A DNA stretch of 64,000 bases, taken from assembly GCA_977016875.1 (NCBI GenBank), contig CDRNST010000166.1, positions 2,418,001 to 2,482,000 on the forward strand, written 5' to 3'. The notes beneath the pieces were generated by a model that worked only from the letters and a program-made list of their open reading frames with translations, made no database searches and was not told the DNA's origin. Positions 62,049-64,000 of this stretch are shown here, one piece after another (the first letter of the stretch is position 1; every line of letters begins with the position of its first letter). The position numbers were made by a program, and so were the translations under genes. The stretch is from Pavona decussata. Its lineage: Eukaryota.

Positions 62049-63605
62049 TGCATGAGTACAAAGATAAAAGTAATACCCAAAAACAAAAACGGTTAAAAAC
62101 AATCGAGATTTGGTTTAACCTGATAGTTAAGTTAGTTTTTTTAATACTTTGTGATGTACGATTTTAAGAAGTGTTGTAAATGATGTTCCTTTTGTTGAAT
62201 GAAATCAACTGTACGGTGACTCTCTTTTCTTGGTGCAAGTAAACCTTAAACCTTAGAGTTGCTGAATGTCATGAACAGTACGATTGTAAACTACTGGCTC
62301 AAAATATTTGTTCAGTGTGTTATTAGACAATCAATAGGAAGACCCTCTGGAAGGTTTCCTTTAATAAAGAACTATTAACTGTGTTGGTTTTGGTCTTTTC
62401 ATTGCATATCCTAACGTAAGTGGTCTTCCACCAATGTAGTGTTTTTTTTTGTGTGTTTTTTTTTTGTTTCACTAAACCTTTTTGAGTTCCTGAGAGCCTT
62501 GGGAAGGGAAGGCGACAACTTCTGGGTAATTCCACAGGGTTTGAAATTCAATAAACCACCTGTGTGCAATTGAGCTATTATAGTGTGTGCTACATGAAGA
62601 TGCTGTTAGGTGCTTACAGTGATGAGTATGTTGGAATTTCAATCAGAGCATCAGAGGGCTGCAGTGGTTCAGGGCTCATCACTGCATTGAAGCTATAGCG
62701 GTCCATCTCTCTGGAACAGCCAACCCTGTAATCTTAGGCAGGCTGAATCACTTAATTTAAGCAACTACATATTAATCTCCATGTTAGGTTAGTTGAGACA
62801 CGGCATTCATGGAAGGAACGTCAAGTTTTCTTTTGCGGGTTTTAGTATTATTGTTTAGGATAAGGATTTTTATATATTTATAAATTTTGATGTTGATAGA
62901 TTATCTTGTAGTTTTATGTTGTATCGACCTGATGAATTTGTTTAACCCTGTGTAAATGGAGATTGAACTGAATTGAATTGAAACTGAATAATGTCAAGTT
63001 GTGTCATTTTCCCTCTCTCACCGAGGTGTATAAATGGGGTCTGACTTGGATAACTGTGTAGGAGAGAGAGGGAGAGAAAAAGACTCCCTGATAGATAGAG
63101 TTACCAACTGCTCCAACAAAACATTTCTCAACAAGAATGCAATGCTGTGTATGAGCCAGTCAGAATTAACCATGAGCAAATTGATGTCATTATTTGTGAT
63201 GCAATAACAGTCTGCCATTTCATGAATAAAGTCTTCTTTCTGAACCAATGGATTGTTCCAGAAATATTTTACCTTTAGATTTTGCCCATAGATTCTAGTT
63301 TGGCCTCATATGTTCCTTCCAAAAACCTCAAAAGCCTTTTGACGAATTTCCCCCCACCCCCTCAGAGTTTTCAATGACTTTCTGTGGGGGTGGTAAACAG
63401 CATACTTTTCATATTTCGTGGAACCACAAACTGAAGGAAAACTCCAGATTCTGACTTATTTAATACACAACAACTGATCAAGAAGACACAAAACTTTATC
63501 AGGTCCCCCTAGTAAGAAAAGGAAACAAGGGTGGAGGGGACAGGGCTGATAAAGGGTTACTTTTCCTTTTATCTACATGTACATGCTGCTCCCTTGTATA
63601 CACAC

Positions 63606-63884
63606 CTTGAAAAGCATCTGATGAATTGATTCTCTTGTCTTCCATCTCTTTAAGTTCCTTCTTTTCCTTGTCAACAAAGCCCTGGCTGATTCCAAAAGCA
63701 GCATCACCACACTTGAGGAAATTCTTGAATGCAAATTTGTCTATTTCCCAGCAACTGTGCTTGGTAGATTGAAAATGAGCTTGTGGGGAAGCTTAAAAAA
63801 TTTTCCAACTGCAAAGTGAATCTCTGGTCTTCTTGTGTAGGAGCATCTTCATACAACCCCGATCAAGTATCAAATGTGAAAGTC
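63606..63884 (-). pseudogene. Decayed exon resembling a mitochondrial-clan cytochrome P450 (E-G helix region)
   Basis: Across stops and frameshifts: FDT*SGLYEDAPTQEDQRF / AVGKFFKLPHKLIFNLPSTVAGK / AFKNFLKCGDAAFGISQGFVDKEKKELKEM, ending at CAAG|GT. No heme motif in the window. Confidence 0.4.
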
Positions 63885-64000
63885 CTAAATTATTATATCT
63901 GAAGAATTAAAAAATATATATGACAGTGCTTAAACTTTTATAAGGCTCAGCCAAGTGAAAAATTTATAAATGTTTTTTCTCTTTCAGTGACAAAGGCATA

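Noticed and set aside
63018-63248. ORF as the next P450 exon
   Set aside because: No I-helix (AGxDT) motif.

Overview
AT-rich eukaryotic genomic DNA with spliceosomal introns and four assembly gaps. The repeat families and receptor type suggest an anthozoan, probably a stony coral (inference). Main contents: (1) 1-5333, the right part of a decayed IS3EU-like DDE transposon. It has a spliced transposase (minus strand), a convergent HECT E3-ligase gene (plus strand), 12x20-bp subterminal repeats and a ...CCACCGTA end. (2) A tandem segmental duplication (~10.6-25.2 kb vs ~30.5-49.2 kb). Each copy carries a micro-exon coiled-coil gene that the ORF track cannot see (20-64-nt exons, near-strictly alternating phase 0/2 introns), followed by an intronless rhodopsin-class GPCR. 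(3) Four tandem GPCR paralogues (three intact, one frameshifted) with hypervariable extracellular faces. (4) Many insertions: a Crypton tyrosine-recombinase transposon with a 3' hairpin and an empty paralogous site; an Ngaro-type YR retrotransposon with split direct repeats and an SGNH hydrolase ORF 5' of gag; two fold-back P-like MITEs; Harbinger/Zator-, hAT-, Kolobok-like and unclassified MITEs; a minimal hammerhead ribozyme; and a decayed P450-like exon. All calls were made by eye, without database searches.
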